DNA of 64,000 bases from Eledone cirrhosa (Eukaryota). Where the stretch lies: contig OZ024743.1 in NCBI GenBank assembly GCA_964016885.1, positions 285,510,001 to 285,574,000 on the forward strand, read 5' to 3'. The translations under genes were made by a program, and so were the position numbers. Shown piece after piece: positions 46,107-60,300 of this stretch (position 1 is its first letter; each line of letters begins with the position of its first letter). Under the pieces are notes generated by a model. That model saw only the letters and a list, made by a program, of their open reading frames with translations. It searched no databases and was not told the origin of the DNA.

Positions 46107-46943
46107 TTCTACACACACACACATATATATATATACACTTTACTTTTTTTCTGTCTGGAGCATCACCTTGGTAAGTTATGGGGACGTCAACAAACAAACA
46201 AGCATTGGTGGGAGAACAAACACAGACATATATACATATATACGTTGCGCTTCTTTTAGTTTCGGTCTATTAAATCCACTCACAGGGCTTTGGTCGGCCC
46301 GGGCAGTGGGTCTGAACCCGGAAACATGTGGTTGGGAAGCAAGCTTATTGTCACTCTGCGCATATATATATATATATATGTGTGTGTGTTATCAAATTGA
46401 CAATGAAAATAATAAGAACAAATTCAAGTTACTTTATAACTTTGTTTTTATTTTGTTGTTTTTATTTTTATTGTTAATTTAATACCTAATATCTGACTCT
46501 GTATCTAAAGAATTAATTCAGCGAAACACAGAACTTCTCTATGGATTTTACAAGATTACATTGAGTTCTATCTAAGGTACTGACCCTACCACCAAAGGTA
46601 GACAGGCTGAAAAAAGAAAATATATATATATATATATGTGTCTCTGTGTGTGTGTGTATATATAATGTATATATATATATATATATATATAAATCTACAT
46701 ACATACATACTTATATACATACATTTACGTATGTATATAGCTATGCATTTATACATTTGTATATATACATGCATTTATATTTAAGTATGTATATATGTTG
46801 ACATGATTTAAGTTTCTTTTGGTAAGGAGAGAATTTTGTCTCCATATTTTATTACCTAGGGAGATTAAATACCACAGCTCTGGCTGGAAGCTGACCAGGT
46901 TCTCAACCTCATCAAACACCAACGCCGGCCTGTGTGTGTATAT

Positions 46944-49348
46944 ATAATAATGAAATTATTGCGTGTAAAGTGCTCAGGTACACTACAACTCGTCAAAGGT
47001 GTATGTATAGTACATAGAATAATTGTTTCTACTATTGGCACAAGGCCAGAAAATTACCCAGTACATTACTGGTACTTTATTTTATCGACCCCGTAAGGAT
47101 GAAAGGCAAAGTTAACCTCGGCGGGATTTGAACTCAGAATGGCAAGGGCCGTAACTCTATGCGTCAAAGCATGGCGTCCGAACCTCTACCGATACTGCCA
47201 ATCATAGAATAATACACAAATGTCAGGGAAGTGAATAGTGTATGAGTCATGGTATACATGTGTGTATGTGTATGGAGGGGGAACATTAGCTGTAGTGTTG
47301 GCGGATGTCGAGAAGCATGGAGGCTTTAAAGGATGCAGTGTCTTGACAGCTAACAACTGATGCAGGTAGTTTGTTCCATGCTTCAGCAACTCTGAGCGTG
47401 AAAAAATGTTTCAGAAAGTCATGGGAACTGTGCTGTTTTCTGACTTTGTGGGCATGTCCACGTGTGTTAGACACTTGGAAATCAAAAAGGTACTCAGGGT
47501 TGTTGTTGGCAAGATGGTTAACAATTTTGTGGGTGTTTACCAAGTCAGTTGCCAGGCGTCGGAACTTCAATGTATCCATGCCCAGGGAAGCAAGGCGCTC
47601 AGAGTATGGTAGATGACTGATGGAGGGTATTCGCTTGGTTGCCGTCTCTGAACAGTTTCCAGGCGGTCAATGTTCTGAGCAAGATAGGGGTTCCAGACTG
47701 GTGATGCAAATTCTAAGTGTGGCCGCACCATAGTCATGTACAGCCTTAAATAGATATCTGGAGAGCGGCTGACAAAGGTCTTGCTGAGTGATGCTAAGAC
47801 ACCCTCGGCCCTCTTGACAATTTTAGAGACGTGCTTCGTCCAACGCAAATCGCTGCTGACCGTAATGCCCAGGTCACGTTCACAAGAAGACTTCTTGATA
47901 TTAGTGCTGTGGAGGGAGTATGTGGACGCTGGGTTTTTACTCCCAAAATGCATGGTGGTGCACTTGTCCACAGCTAGCTTGAGTTGCCAGTCTGAGATCC
48001 ATTGTTGCATTGTGTCCAAGTCAGACTGCAAGCAAGATCTATAGTGTTCAGGATCTGTCCGTTTTATCTCAAGGTACAGCTTGATGTCATCTGCGTACTT
48101 TCGTACTGTGGCATTCTTTAAGTTAGCATCTATGTCATTAATATATGCCACACACAAAAGGGGGCCAAGAACAGATCCCTGTGGTACACCTGATGACATC
48201 TCATATGGTGAGGAATGCTGTCCCAGAACCGTGACTACCTCTCTTCGACTGAGAATGAAGGACTTCAACCAGTTAAAAAGATCATCCTTCACACCCATTG
48301 CAGAGAGTTTTGCCATAAGCCTTTTGTGTGGCACAGAATTGAAGGCTTTCGCAAAGTCAAGGTAAACAACATCCACCCATGAGCCGCCATCAGTGATCCG
48401 GGTGATGTCCTCAAGAAACTCTATAAGTTGGTCACAGCAGCTGGAGTTGGGGATAAATCCAAATTGTGAGGGCTGGATAAGACTGTGAGAGCTCCAGAAG
48501 TTCCAAAGTGTTTCTCTGACACAGGAGTCCATCAGTTTGGCGATGCAACTAGTAAGACTGACTGGACGATAGTTCACAGGTGATGTGTGGTCACCCTTTT
48601 TGAACAGAGGAATGACACTGGCAGTTTTCCACTGTTATGGAGTAGCACTGTTGTTCAGACAGAATTGGAAGAAGCGTGATAACTGGTGCAGAAGGAATTA
48701 CCCACCACGTTTAAGAAGCAGGTACGTAACACCATCAAGACCAGGAGAGGCATGGTTGCGTTTATTTTTTAGGTGACGTTGCAGCATTGCAGGTGTAAAT
48801 TCCATGGTCGTAATAGAGTCCGGTGTCATAGGTGGTGGAGATGGTACACTCTGGTCTTCAATAGTGAAATGCCTGCATAGCATTCAGCAACGAGCTCTGC
48901 GCATTCCTTGGGGTCGTCAGTAACCTGGCTTGTGTGGGGATTGCGAAGAGGACCAGCTGGAGAGTGAGGCCTCTGCTTTGAGTGAACATACTTCCAGAAC
49001 ACCTTACTGTCAGGGCTGGTTGCTATGCGCTGCTCAAATTGAAGCACTGCCGTTTTTGTCACCTGTTTGAGGTGGTTGGACGATCTATTTCGCCTCTTCC
49101 TATTAATGTCTGATTTGTGAAGTTTGTACTCACGTTCAGCATTGCGCCGTTCTTTTCTGGCAAGACGGACTGCTGCAGTGTCCCAAATTGCACTTTTGGG
49201 ATGTTTTTTCCACTTACGTGGCACCGATGCTGCACACGCTGTCCATATTGAGCTCAGGATGTTCTGGAGTACAGTGTTGACATCTCCAGAGTCGTAGAAC
49301 TCAAGCCAGTTTGGCCGTTGCAACTCGGTGCAGTAACAGTTCCAGTCT
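46944..49348 (-). mobile_element. CR1-clade LINE, 5'-truncated and decayed
   Basis: ORF 47567-48577: NYRPVSLTS, YLDFAKAF, GVPQGSVLGP, YADD, ERDLG, VRPHLEF; C-terminal RVAEAWNKLP; (ATT)n end. Confidence 0.93.
47024..47202 (-). mobile_element. SINE family 1 inserted in the CR1 3'UTR
   Basis: Reverse of 13327-13510; 11-bp TSD catagaataat at 47013-47023 and 47203-47213. Confidence 0.9.
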
Positions 49349-49430
49349 GTATGTATGTATGTATGTATGTATGTATGTATGTATGTATGTATGTATGTAT
49401 GTATGTATGTATGTATGTATGTATGTATGT

Positions 49431-50120
49431 GTCAGGTCACCAGTTGGTGCTACTGGTAACATGTATCCCAGTACAACCTGTCTCATGGTCGGGATGTTGG
49501 CGACTAAACTGGCAACCCCACCAAGGTTTCTTGGTGAGGAGGGTGACTTTGGACATCCTGCAGGACTAAAAACAAAACCTGTCAAAGGGCAAAGGAGCTC
49601 TTAAGAGTCAATGGCCATCCAAAATCACCGGGAGAGATGACCCCTTAGCCTTTGTCAAGGCAGAATTCTGATATAACACCTGCAACCCTGATGGTATCCA
49701 ATGATGTTGACTTGTTCTTCTTTTTGGTAAATATCATCTTGGTTAAGAGAGTGGGACTGGCTTTGTGCAGTGCCTTTGCTCACTATAAAAGCTTCACGGC
49801 ACAGGCATTGCTTTATATCTGGAGATCTCTCTGCACTTGTCGTCACATGGTACCATGGGCCTAACACTATGTGTCAATAATTGTCACAAGTGTAGTGTTT
49901 GTACCAGAGTTTTCAATACGCTGGCTGGACTAAAAAGTCACACTCGTTCAGCGCATCGGTAGGGGTTCTCCTACATGGATATAAAGTAGTGGCCGTACTC
50001 GAAAACGAGTTGGCAGCCACCATGTATGTATGTGTAGCGCATCGGTAGGGGTTCTCCTACATGGATATAAAGTAGTGGCCGTACTCGAAAACGAGTTGGC
50101 AGACACCATGTATGTGTGTA
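49431..50120 (+). mobile_element. Probable non-autonomous RTE-like element flanked by (ATGT)n, with a duplicated 3' end
   Basis: 5' part shared with 60935-61122; 3' part encodes C2H2-like CSVCTRVFNTLAGLKSHTRSAH; 86-bp tandem 3' units at 49950 and 50036, each followed by atgtatgt. Confidence 0.6.
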
Positions 50121-50616
50121 TGTACGTATGCATGTGTGTGTATGATTTCATCACCATTGCTTCTTTTTCTTGTCGCTTCTGTTGTTTTTGTAACTGTTGT
50201 CATAGTTTATGTTGTCCTTATTTTCATTTTCTTTGATTGCTTTCGTTTTTCTTTTGTCTCCCTAGGGAATTCGTTGACAAGCTTCTTTCATTTATTTTCT
50301 TCAAATGCATTCACACTGGCTGTCTCAAAGATGTACAAATATGGCTTATAAAAGTTACCTGAGTAAAGAGCCTTCAATGCCCCCCCCCCCCCCCCGGAGC
50401 ATCGAAACGCCCCCGTTGAGAACCTTTGATCTAGTAGATTAAAATGTGCATGCCAAGGGCCACATGATTATGGATGTAAACAGTTTTGTTTGAAAGAACC
50501 ACCAAATGTATAGGATTGTACAGTTTATAAGATGGAGTTGCTTCATTTGCTTCTTTTCATCAGTACTTATATAAGTTGGTTCCTTGGGCATTCTGAATAC
50601 CCTCTAAGGTCTTTAA

Positions 50617-50827
50617 CCCTTTAGCATTTAAACTGGCCCTATCCAGCCAGAATTCTCTCACCTTTTTCTGCTCAAACCGGTCATAACTGGTTACTCATAC
50701 TGACATTAAGGTATTGTTCTCAAAAGAAATATCAAAATGTCATAGATTCTATATTATGTGAGATAATTATGTAAGATTTACCCCCAAAATACAATTGTAT
50801 GTATAGAGTAATGTAAATGCTAAAAGG
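50617..50827. mobile_element. piggyBac-like MITE
   Basis: TTAA|CCCTTTAGCATTTA ... TAAATGCTAAAAGG|TTAA (1 mismatch in 14 bp; TTAA TSD). Confidence 0.75.
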
Positions 50828-51063
50828 TTAATTTAAGCAAGAACAAAAAAAGAGGTGTCCACTAAAGCATACAACATTATCTGAAGCATTTAGCAATTCT
50901 AAAATTTAGTTTGTGCATAGGAGCTATAGGTGTATTAGAAGCTATGATTGACAATAATAAATCACTGCCACTCAGCACCGACAAATCTATTTTCAATGGT
51001 GTTTGTCATTGGGCAAAAATTTAACTAATTTGCTTGGAATATTATTCAGTTATGTCTCTTCTG

Positions 51064-51200
51064 AAGGCACATGGTTTACTAGTTAGAGCATTGGACTTGC
51101 AATCAGGAGGTTGTGAATTCGATTTTCAGATTGGTGATGTTTTGTGTCCATTTATTTCACATTTCTCTAGTTAACACAGCTGTAGAAATGAGTTGCGATG
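51064..51200 (+). mobile_element. SINE family 2 head, diverged
   Basis: gaaggcacatggtttactagttagagcattggacttgcaatc...gctgtagaaatgag. Confidence 0.65.
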
Positions 51201-52015
51201 TCACTGGTGCCAAGCTATATCTGCTATTGCCTTTCCCTGGGACAACATCTGTGGTGTGGATGTTTATGCAGGTGTGGTGGGCTGCATATATTCGAATATT
51301 AGAGAAAGCAAGAATGAAAGCTTCACCTTTGAAAGCGGGCTGACTCAAGAAGAAGATGTCTCCATTTGAATAAAAACTAAAAAAATAATTAATCCTTTGC
51401 CCAATATAACACCACTGTCTGACGCATGGATAACTTTAGCAGAGTCCTATCTCTTGCTAATATTCAAATTAGGTCTCCAGTTTGAGGACAGCTTCCTCCC
51501 TCCCTTCCTCTAACCAACTCCAATGAATACTAAAAAAAAAAAGAGAAAATGCAAAATTAACGGTGATTCTCATTCAAAAACAAATCTAAAGGAAACATTC
51601 TCTAAAATATGAGATGACTGAGAGGCTAATTTGTATATACTAGGATTTTTTTCAACACGCTGATGTGTATGTGTATATGTGTGTGTATGTGCATATGCAT
51701 ACATTTATATGTATGAGTATATAAACACACAAACATAAACACACTACAACAATACACACTCAAAGACATACATTCACACAAACACATACATACATTCCCA
51801 CAGACACACACATACACTCACATACTGTGTAGCAAATGAAACGCCAGCTGCTGTTTTGCTATAGTTTTTTCACCATCCTCTTCCTTTCTTTTACACACAC
51901 ATACATTCACACAAACACAAACACACATTGTGGGACGGATGGACAGAAGTCACTCAAATTTATATATATAACCCATGCTAGTGTGGAAGATAGACCTTAA
52001 ACGATGATGAGGATG

Positions 52016-52390
52016 CAGAAGTCCCCCGGTATTCGCGGGAGTTATGTTCCTAGAGCACACACGAACAGTGAAAAACTGCAAATATTGGACATTGTCCATA
52101 AAAATGCCTATAAACATCAAAATATAACATAAAACATAATAAAAAAAGAGGGAGCGTCTTATACAAAGGAGCATCCAATAGGCCAGAAAATACGGTATAT
52201 TCTAATTAATAATTTAATGTTAAAAAATATAAATATTGCCACGAAAAAAGGCATTAAAAAATCACAAAATATTTACGATTCCGCGAATATGTGGTGGTTC
52301 CCACGAATAATTATTAGTTAGATTCTAAGGAAAATTCCACGAATAACCAGGACTGTGAATATTGGGACTGCAAATGTCAGGGGTACACTA
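52016..52390. mobile_element. Tc1/pogo (Tigger-like) non-autonomous element, decayed
   Basis: Left end cagaagtcccccggtattcgcggg; right end with repeated cgaata motifs and gggtacacta|ta. Confidence 0.5.
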
Positions 52391-52405
52391 TATATATATA
52401 TATAT

Positions 52406-52717
52406 GTTTCCTTGAGCAAGACACTTTATTTCACATTGCTCCAGTTTACTCAGCTGTAGAAATGAGATGATAGGACTGGGGTCCCTATCATTCCACTTCA
52501 AAGTGGTCGTGGAGGTGCCATGGCAAAAAAGCCCCCAGCCCACACTGTAAAGTGGACGTGTAGGCGCCACGGAAATAAAGCACCCAGCACTCACTGTAAA
52601 TGAGGTTGGTATTAGGAAGGGCATCAAGCTGTAGAAATCAAGCCAGAATCAGTTCCCGTCCCACCCTTGCAAGCAGGGAAAAGCGGACGTAAAGTGATGA
52701 TGATGTTGATGATGATA
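52406..52717 (+). mobile_element. SINE family 2, 5'-truncated
   Basis: Matches 3991-4258, with one extra ~45-bp 3'UTR unit. Confidence 0.85.
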
Positions 52718-52867
52718 TATATAGTGAAAGAGTGAAGAATAACATGGTTAACAATACAAAAAGGGTTTTATTTACAGTATTAACAAAACTATCCACAATA
52801 CAGAGTACTCACAACCTCTAACTGGAATACCTATAACGATAATTTGTTATCCCATATATATATAATT

Positions 52868-53392
52868 GTCTTGTATTTAAACTTTGATTACTGTTATACA
52901 TTCGCTTAATAACCTTCTCGTATTTAAACACTGATTACTGTTATATGTTCGTTTATAGGTTTAAAAAAAAAATAACCTTCTAGTTAACTTTCTCGGGAAC
53001 ACTCTTCCTTCTTTTCCTACTCTGTCCCCAATGCATTGTCTATAAACCTAGAGGCACCCCCTCTCTCTCTCTTAGCAAGTATAAAATGAACCTGTTGGTC
53101 GTCAAAATTTCAGAATTCTTCGAATCTTTATCCCTGTCGAAGGGACGTTTGAGATATGTCATGTATTTACGCCATTTTCTTGTCTCTCTCTATATTTTTA
53201 CACGGTCCATTTACTTAGAATCCAAGCCTTCAATTTTATTCGTAATTCTGTCAGAACCCCCAAAACAATCGTCTCGTATTTAAACTTTGATTACTGTTAT
53301 ACGTTTGTTTAATAACCTTCTCGTATTTAAACACTGATTACTGTTTTATGTTCATTTATAGGTTTAAAAAAAAAATAACCTTCTAGTTAACT
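52868..53392. repeat. 122-bp direct repeat (52868-52989 and 53271-53392) with an internal subrepeat
   Basis: gtatttaaactttgattactgttatac...gtatttaaacactgattactgtt...ataaccttctagttaact occurs twice, 403 bp apart. Confidence 0.85.
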
Positions 53393-53399
53393 CCCCCAT

Positions 53400-56300
53400 A
53401 TCCCCCCCCCACTCGCCACCATTATTAGATAGTCCAATCATAATTCAGCGGCTTATACGTCTCTCTTACCAATCTCTTACACAAAACCACCGCCTCAGCT
53501 ATTCACTCCTTAAGTTTAAACCTGGTTGCCTTTGATATGCTAGATGGACCGTGGGATTCTGGAGAAAACGAAGAATCTGGACACTCAAATGACAATGTCA
53601 AAGATAAAGATTAATTCACCTCATGTGGCCGGACGAAAATGCAAGGATTCCTCTTTATTTCGGATGCAGATGGCAAACATAACCCCATCTCCCTCACCTC
53701 TCCCTATACCTCCATCCCATCCCTTCCACCCATCAAACGAAATCCAAAACTTCAGAGTTGGCACCATGAATGTAGGCACTTTAAAAGGTCACTCTAACGA
53801 GGTTGCAGAGATGCTTGAACATAAGGAAGTTGATGCATGCTGCGTCCAAGAGACTAGGTGGAGGGGTGGGTCTGCTAGATTCATTGTGGGTAAAAAAACT
53901 ATACTATAAACTTTTCTGGGTGGGAAATGAAAATAGGCTGGGTGGAGTAGGAATTATGTTAGCAGAAAAATGGGTAGATAAGGTATTCGATGTAAATAGA
54001 GTCAACGACAGAATAATCAAAATAAGACTTGTCCTAAATAGAACTACTGTGACAATAATATCCGCTTACGCATCCCAATCTGAACTGCCTGGTGTTATAA
54101 AAGACAGATTCTATGAGTCGCTAATGCTCACTACCTCCCAACTAACCGACAGTCACTACATAATTATTGCTGGTGACCTAAATGGTCATGTTGGACAACA
54201 TTGTGACGGTTATGACGGAATCCATGGAGGCTACGGGTTTGGTACCAGAAATGAGGAAGGCTTCAGAATTCTGGAATTCTGCGACGCAAATAACTTAATT
54301 ATCTGCAACACAAACTTCAAAAAACGAGACAATCACTTGATCACCTATAGATCAGGGGAACACGCCAGTCAGATAGATTATATCCTTACCAGAAGACGTA
54401 ACAAAGTGTCGGTTGTAAACACTAAATCCCTCCCCCGTGAAGAATGCACCTCCCAACATAGCCTCATAGTTAGTGACCTCATAGTCAGGATGAGATGTAC
54501 TCGAATAGAGGAGGACTACCCTGAGAAGAAGAATATGGAAGTTAAAAGACCCCACAGCCAGTAACAAATTTAAAAGCATACTACTCGATGCTTTTGACAG
54601 TAAGGAAGAGCAATTAGAGATGTATAGTATAGAGGAACAGTGGGTATTCCTGAAAGTTAACCTGCTGAAGGCGACAGATGAAATCTGTGGCTGGAGCAGA
54701 CCTGTAGGTAGGAGGAGAGTAACATGGTGGTGGAACAGTAAGGTGGAGGAGTCAATCAAGGCCAAGAAGCAAGCTTGGAATGTATGGCGGGATGGGGCAA
54801 GTAGAGAACTCTATCAAACAGCGAGGAGGGAAGCTAGGAGACAAGTGTACCTTGCAAGAAGGGAAGCAGAGGAAAGAAAGTTCAAGCATGTTCTACAACG
54901 CGAGGACCAAAAACGTGAGGTCTCAAGGAAAACCGTGATATTGTCGGGGTGAAGTGTGTACGTAATGATGATGGTATACTTGCCGTCACTGACACTGATA
55001 AGAAGGTAGCTTGGAAGTGTCTCTAGGAGAGCCTACTAAATGAGGAGAATAAGTGGGAAAAAGATAGTCTGCCCCAAATCGATCCAATAGAGGGACCAGC
55101 AGTGCAAGTTGAAGGTAGTATAATAAGTAAGGCAATCAAAGAGATGAAGACAGGCAAAGCAGCTGGGCATTCAGAGATAGTTGCTGAAATGCTGAAAGCA
55201 TCTGGATCGGTGGGACACACTATGATCACCTGGATAGTAAACCAAGTCATACAGAATGGGGCTATACCAAATGACTGGCGTAGCAGCATCATCATTAACT
55301 GCTACAAGGGTAAAGGAGATGCCTTAGACAGGGGAAACTATAGAGGCATTAAATTAATTGACCAGGTCATGAAGGTCACAGAAAAAGTTATAGTGCAACT
55401 AATCAGAGAGTGAATTGATCTACATGAAATGCAGTTTGGGTTTGTGTCAGGTAAACGTAGCACAGACGCTCTTTTCCTTGTATGACAACTACAGGAGAAG
55501 TATCTAGCTAAAAGTAAACGCCTATACTTAGCATTTGTTGACTTGGAGAAAGCCTTTGACAGAGTCCGCCGCTCCATTATCTGGTGGGCTCTTAGAAAAC
55601 TAGGTATTGATGAATGGCTCGTGAGAGCTATAGAAGCCATGTATAAAGAAACAGTCAGCAAGGTTAGAATTAACAACGAATATAGTGAAGAATTTAGAAT
55701 AAAAGACGGTGTTCACCAGGGCTCTGTTCTTAGACCCCTCCTATTTATTATTGCCCTTCAGGCTATAACAGAGGAGTTCAAGACTGGTTGCCCATGGGAA
55801 CTTCTATATGCAGATGATCTAACCCTCATAGCTGAATCAATGGCTGAACTAGAGAAGGAATTCCAAACTTGGAAGCATGGCCTAGAATCAAAAGGCCTTA
55901 AAATTAACTTGTCTAAGACTAAAGTTCTAGTATGTAAGAAGGAAAATCGGGCACTGGTCCCCTCTGGGAAATGGCCATGCTCAGTGTGTAGGAAAGGAGT
56001 AGGCAGAAACTCCATTTTATGTCCCAAATGCAAAGTATGGGTGCATAAAAGATGTAGTGGGATCACAGGTAAACTAACCAAGAACATAAATTTTATATGT
56101 GGCCGGTGCTCAGGTGCAATAAATAGTAGCAAGTTTTCACAGGATACTAGCTCCTTCCATTGCCCAGATGGTTCTATAGAAATAGTAGACACCTTCCATT
56201 ATCTGGGTGACAAAATCAGCAGTGGTGGTGGGTGCTCTGAAAGTACAGCAGCTAGAGTCAGAACGGGATGGAAAAAGTTCAGAGAGCTTATACCACTATT

Positions 56301-57127
56301 GGCCGCTAAAGATTTCTCCCTAAAAATGAAAGGCAGACTGTATGATGCCTGCATACGAACAGAAATGCTACATGGTAGTGAGACATGGGAATTACGTGCA
56401 GAGGACCTGCACAGACTGGAAAGGAACGAAGCATGCATGCTCCGTTGGATGTGTAATAGTAATATACGTGAACGGCAAAGCATAAATGAACTAAGTGAGA
56501 AATTAGGAATAAGAGGGATCAGAACCTGTTTACTCGAGAGAAGACTACGTTGGTATAGTGACGTGATGCGCATGAAACATGACAGCTGTATAAAAAAGTG
56601 CAGGGCGATAAAAATTGATGGAAGTTACAGAGTAGGTAGACCCAGAAAAACCTGGGACGATTTGATAAATTCCGACCTTACACACTTACACCTCTCTAAG
56701 ACAATGTCACTGGACCGAGATCTTTGGTGCTATGCAGTAATACAGAAGACCCGCCTTGCCTAAGTACAAAGCGGAACCGACAGTCAGTAGGCACCTCCTA
56801 ACCAAAAATACATCCCCACCCCACTACCCTTACCCCCACCCCCATCTACATCTAAAGTTATGTTGGTGCCACAACATCCAGTCCTAAATAAATGAGGTCG
56901 TGTAGGTGTCACGACAAAAAAACACACAGTCCACGCAGTAATGTGGCCGTGTAGGTAACACAGTAAAAACCTCTGAGTCCACACTGTAAACGTGGTTGTG
57001 GTTAGGAAGGGCATCCAGCCGTAGAAAATCCACCAGACAGTCCTATACGAGCAAGACAACCAATCTTGCCTCACGTGGGACAATTCCCGTCTAAACCCAT
57101 GCTAGCGTGGAAGATAGACGTTAAACA

Positions 57128-57167
<40 letters not shown>

Positions 57168-57170
57168 CGA
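53400..57170 (+). mobile_element. RTE-clade LINE, near full-length, inactivated (5' boundary approximate)
   Basis: APE motifs VGTMNVGTL, VQETRW, GDLNGHVG, SQIDY, SQH; RT EKAFDRV, GVHQGS, YADD; PHD-type finger; several frameshifts and stops; (GAT)n tail at 57128-57168. Confidence 0.93.
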
Positions 57171-57332
57171 ATCATGCTTCAATAAATACATGATATAACT
57201 GATGTGCTTCTCTTTCCATGTTTTTGGAGTGCTCTAATCATCCTTAAATGATATACTCCAATTCAATAGACTACATCTCTCCTCTACAAACTTCATTGAC
57301 CTTTTACCAATGTTAGAAATTATTATTATTGG

Positions 57333-57366
<34 letters not shown>

Positions 57367-60300
57367 ATCATCTTCATTGTTATTGGTGTTGTAGTCATTT
57401 TTATTGCTACTGCTGTTGGTGTTATTGTTGGGTAAATGAAAATAATTAGCTTGGAGAAATGTTCACATGCTAGGATGAAGTTGCTCTATAGAAGAGAAAT
57501 TATAGAACATATATGAGAAAAGCACAGTATAAAGATAAATACATGCAGGTGTGATGCACACACATATACACACACACATACGTGCATGTGCGCACACACA
57601 TACACACAAACACACACACACCATTTCACACACACATATACACACACACATACATGCATATATATATATACACACACACACACACAAATACACTCACACA
57701 TACACACACACACTCAAATACACACACACGTTCACACAAAAAATATACAGACTCCCCCCCCCCCACACACACAGACATATATTCACAAATGCACACACAT
57801 ATGTGCACATGTGCACATAAATAAAAAAAACACTAAGATGCTTTCCTAGACATACATTCCCGCAGACATCTTTGTGCACATAAACATACGCATGCATATA
57901 AATACATACAAAAATATAGGATTACACATACACATATACACACATCTATGTCTTCTTTTGATAGATTCTGAAAAGGTCTCGTGTATGATGTATATGATGT
58001 GGGTAGCTAGGAAAACTGCATACCTCTTGTGAGATAGTCAGTTGCCATAGAAATTTGACATTAGCTACTCCAGTGACAGAGGCATGGTGATGGAGTGAGG
58101 CATTGTGCTTTATTACAAAACACTAGTGATTTATTCTTTACAATAAAATTCTTAACAATTAGCAATGTTAAAATACTTCTTTTGGCAACAATGACACAAG
58201 TGGTTCACTTCTGATGAAGCTGAGAAGTCTGTAACCCAGTTTCAATTCCCAGTGATATCTATTTGCTTCATTTCACTTATGCTACTGATGTTCTTATGCA
58301 TTGCATGAACATCACATCACATCATATCTTCTATTTCTTTTACTTTTTCATAAAAGATATTAAGGTTCATACCTAATTAGAGGAAACAATAGGGTGAATT
58401 ATTCCGGTTTATTCTCTTGGAGAATTACTAAACTTCTCATTAGGTGAATTCTTCAATACAGGACTTATTCTATTAGTTTTAAGATAGTGTCTGTCTGAGC
58501 TTTCCCCATGATTAGAGTCAAGTTCAGCCCTACACTTATGCCACTATTTTCCTTGAGGAAACCATGAATATCATACAATATCATCCTGCCATTCTCCATT
58601 GTCAGGCTGAGGTGACCTAATAGCTATGTTAGAAATAAATATATTTCTTCAGCTTTAGCAGAAGTGTTTGGTTGATTGGTAGTTATAGTGGTTGTTGAAG
58701 TTGTAACATGTATGAGTTGTTGTACAAGTTTATTGGTGTGGTTGAAAAACGATCAGGACCAACAAGGCAACCAAATTGCTAATTTTTATATTTTTATTTA
58801 TGTTATGGCATATGATTACACCATGTAGTAAAATATAACACAACCAGAATATGTAAGAAGGTTTAATAATATAATAACAATAGGTTGCTAAATGTATTCA
58901 CAGAATAGTATTTTGTGGTGATATGTTGGAATTTATGAGTGAATGTGTGAATGTGAAGATGTTGGTTGAGATAAGATAGCATCTTGGTGAGTGCCATGCC
59001 TTGGGTTGGTTGAGGCAACCCTGATTATTGGCAACTGCCACAGCCAAAATCTCTTGTCCAGTGTCTGAGAGAGAACAGAGTGTAACAAAATAGAGCAGAG
59101 AAGAGGGTAAAGCTGGATTTCAGTTGGGTTTACATATCTGTTTGTTTTCTGATAATTATTTCCAGTGATGACATAGCTATTTTAGCCTACATTTCGTAAC
59201 TGTAGTAATTTTGCTACACAGCCATAGAATAAAAAACTTTAGTCAATGGGTAGAGTTTGTTACCTGAGCTTAATTCTTATATGTAGTTATTTGCTTTTAT
59301 TTTGTTTAAGATATTGTATATAGTTACCATTGAAAGGTCACTTTACAAGAGACATCTTCAAATGTTACCTCTCATAATCCCCACTTCCCCACTTTATCCC
59401 TCCTCTCCACCACATTTCTTGGGGAAAAGTTTGATTCCCTGCCTTGAGTGGTACTCTATCCAATTTTTTAAAGTCACCTTCCTGTCTTTATGCAGGTTTA
59501 TAAGTATCTGATGATCACAACCCCCTCCAACTCATTACCCACTGAACTCCCAAGTTCAATCTCTAATTGTCATCAGAATATTACCAATATATTCACGCTG
59601 TTGATTCTATTGTCAACAAACCTTATTCATAGTGAAAATAAATTCTTGATATTGTTATTTAGTTAAGTACACACTGTAAAGCAAAGAAACAAGATCTAGT
59701 TTCAATTCCCAACTGAAACCAATTCATTTTACTTTCTCCACTAATTAAATGATTAGAGAAAAGCTAAAACATTATACAATGTTATCTCATTTCCCTCTAA
59801 ATTTGTGGCTGTACACTTGAGTAAGAAATCAATATTAAATGATAATTAAGGTGATATAGTTCTCTAGCTGAAATAAACTGCCTTACAGTATTCAGTTTGC
59901 ATCTTTCCACAATCTCTACTCACTACAAATAATTTATTTTGATAAAAAGGTTTGAGGAAAATTTATGTAACAGAACAGAGCATATAAATAAGTTAAATCT
60001 ATATAATATATTTTCACAGCTGGAGTTCATCAAGAGAACATATATGTTTGACAACTAAATGATAATATTAACATAATTTAGTCACATTTAGCTTCTTTCA
60101 GAACCATGTATATTTCTAGTCAGATCTTATATATTCTTATTGAGAATCAATTTATTTGAACTTTGTTGTGTTACACACGACTCCTTATACACTTATCTCT
60201 TGTTTTGGGCACAATACTGGTGGTTTTAAGAAAATTTATTAAATTTATTAAATACAAAGGAAAGTTAGCAAAATTTTAATGAGAGTTTGATCTAACTCAA

